This document shows positions 59,183 to 59,682 of a stretch of 59,682 nt of DNA, one piece after another. The stretch is taken from contig DAOUVJ010000003.1 of assembly GCA_030667705.1 (NCBI GenBank), positions 1 through 59,682 of the forward strand. Direction: 5' to 3'. The DNA is from Promethearchaeota archaeon. GTDB taxonomy: Archaea; Asgardarchaeota; Lokiarchaeia; Sigyniarchaeales; SOKP01. The position numbers and the translations under genes were made by a program. The notes under the pieces were generated by a model. It made no database searches. It was not told where the DNA came from and was given only the letters and a program-made list of their open reading frames with translations. Position 1 is the stretch's first letter. Each line of letters begins with the position of its first letter.

Positions 59183-59677
59183 TTATATTAAGGATTCTAT
59201 TGTAAAATCTGTTTTAAATTTTCTAATCAAAATTGTTAAAATTTCTTTTTTTGATTTCATTTTACCGTCATAAAAAATTTTGAACCTTTTTTGTTGCGGA
59301 TAGTATTCTATAGGATACTTAGAGCGATTGATATCGAAATAAAACTCTAAATCTTCGTAAATTCTTTTTATTATATATGTCTGATTTTCAATAGGTATAG
59401 GATTTACAATTTCGAATTCTAAACCTTTTTCCTTTAAAAGATTCTCTAAAAAAAGTTTTTCTTTCCTACTTAACCTTATTAACCTAAATTTCCTAAAATG
59501 CCCTAAAATCCACCAGCTAAAAGTATAAAGAAAAATCATCCATAAGGAAGTAAAATAAGTCGTTATTGGTGCCCCCAAATTGTATAAGAGCCAGTTAAAT
59601 ACGCCAAGGAAGAATCCAATAAAAAGATAAGATGTTTTCCTATCTATATTCTTAAACCATTTTTTCGACTTTTCCAT
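59183..59677 (-). CDS. Hypothetical membrane protein (two N-terminal TMs + soluble domain)
   Basis: 164-aa ORF with two hydrophobic helices near the N-terminus. Confidence 0.6.
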   Translation of the reverse strand: MEKSKKWFKNIDRKTSYLFIGFFLGVFNWLLYNLGAPITTYFTSLWMIFLYTFSWWILGHFRKFRLIRLSRKEKLFLENLLKEKGLEFEIVNPIPIENQTYIIKRIYEDLEFYFDINRSKYPIEYYPQQKRFKIFYDGKMKSKKEILTILIRKFKTDFTIESLI

Positions 59678-59682
59678 AAATA

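Noticed and set aside
1-59682. Many 60-150 aa ORFs antisense to or nested within long genes (e.g. 1455..1793, 26059..26406, 33982..34428, 39623..39988, 56965..57363)
   Set aside because: They are shadow ORFs of well-supported genes and have no family motifs.
1-59682. tRNA/rRNA genes, transposases, integrases, prophage or defence genes
   Set aside because: I recognised no GC-rich structured RNA-like segment and no recombinase, nuclease or capsid motif. A tRNAscan/Infernal run would be needed to exclude small RNAs.

Overview
AT-rich, gene-dense prokaryotic window that reads as an Asgard archaeon, most likely Lokiarchaeia. This is an inference from a strongly Rab-like small GTPase, HEAT and HEAT-LRR proteins, a TrmB-type regulator, TATA-like boxes, oligo-T terminators and a large expansion of acyl-CoA catabolic genes. 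Housekeeping genes are valS (bacterial/eukaryotic type), pyrG, carA and carB. Catabolic genes include two intact acyl-CoA ligases, two acyl-CoA dehydrogenases, four crotonases, a GctAB-like CoA transferase, three AbfD/HpaB-family paralogues, a ThDP enzyme, a DmsAB-like Mo enzyme with no Tat signal, GH31 and DUF2961 glycosidases, and MFS/GPH transporters. I recognised no rRNA, tRNA, CRISPR array or transposase. Most notable observations: (1) a HEAT protein, an unannotated 37-aa glycine-zipper membrane microprotein, a Rab-like GTPase and a TrmB-like regulator in one run; (2) the only canonical abfD is split by an in-frame TGA at a conserved Gly; (3) four apparent deletion scars leave orphan gene halves; (4) two probable non-canonical starts (ATT, ATA); (5) a SECIS-core/K-turn-like hairpin and several perfect palindromes. 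All family calls come from reading motifs by eye, with no database search.
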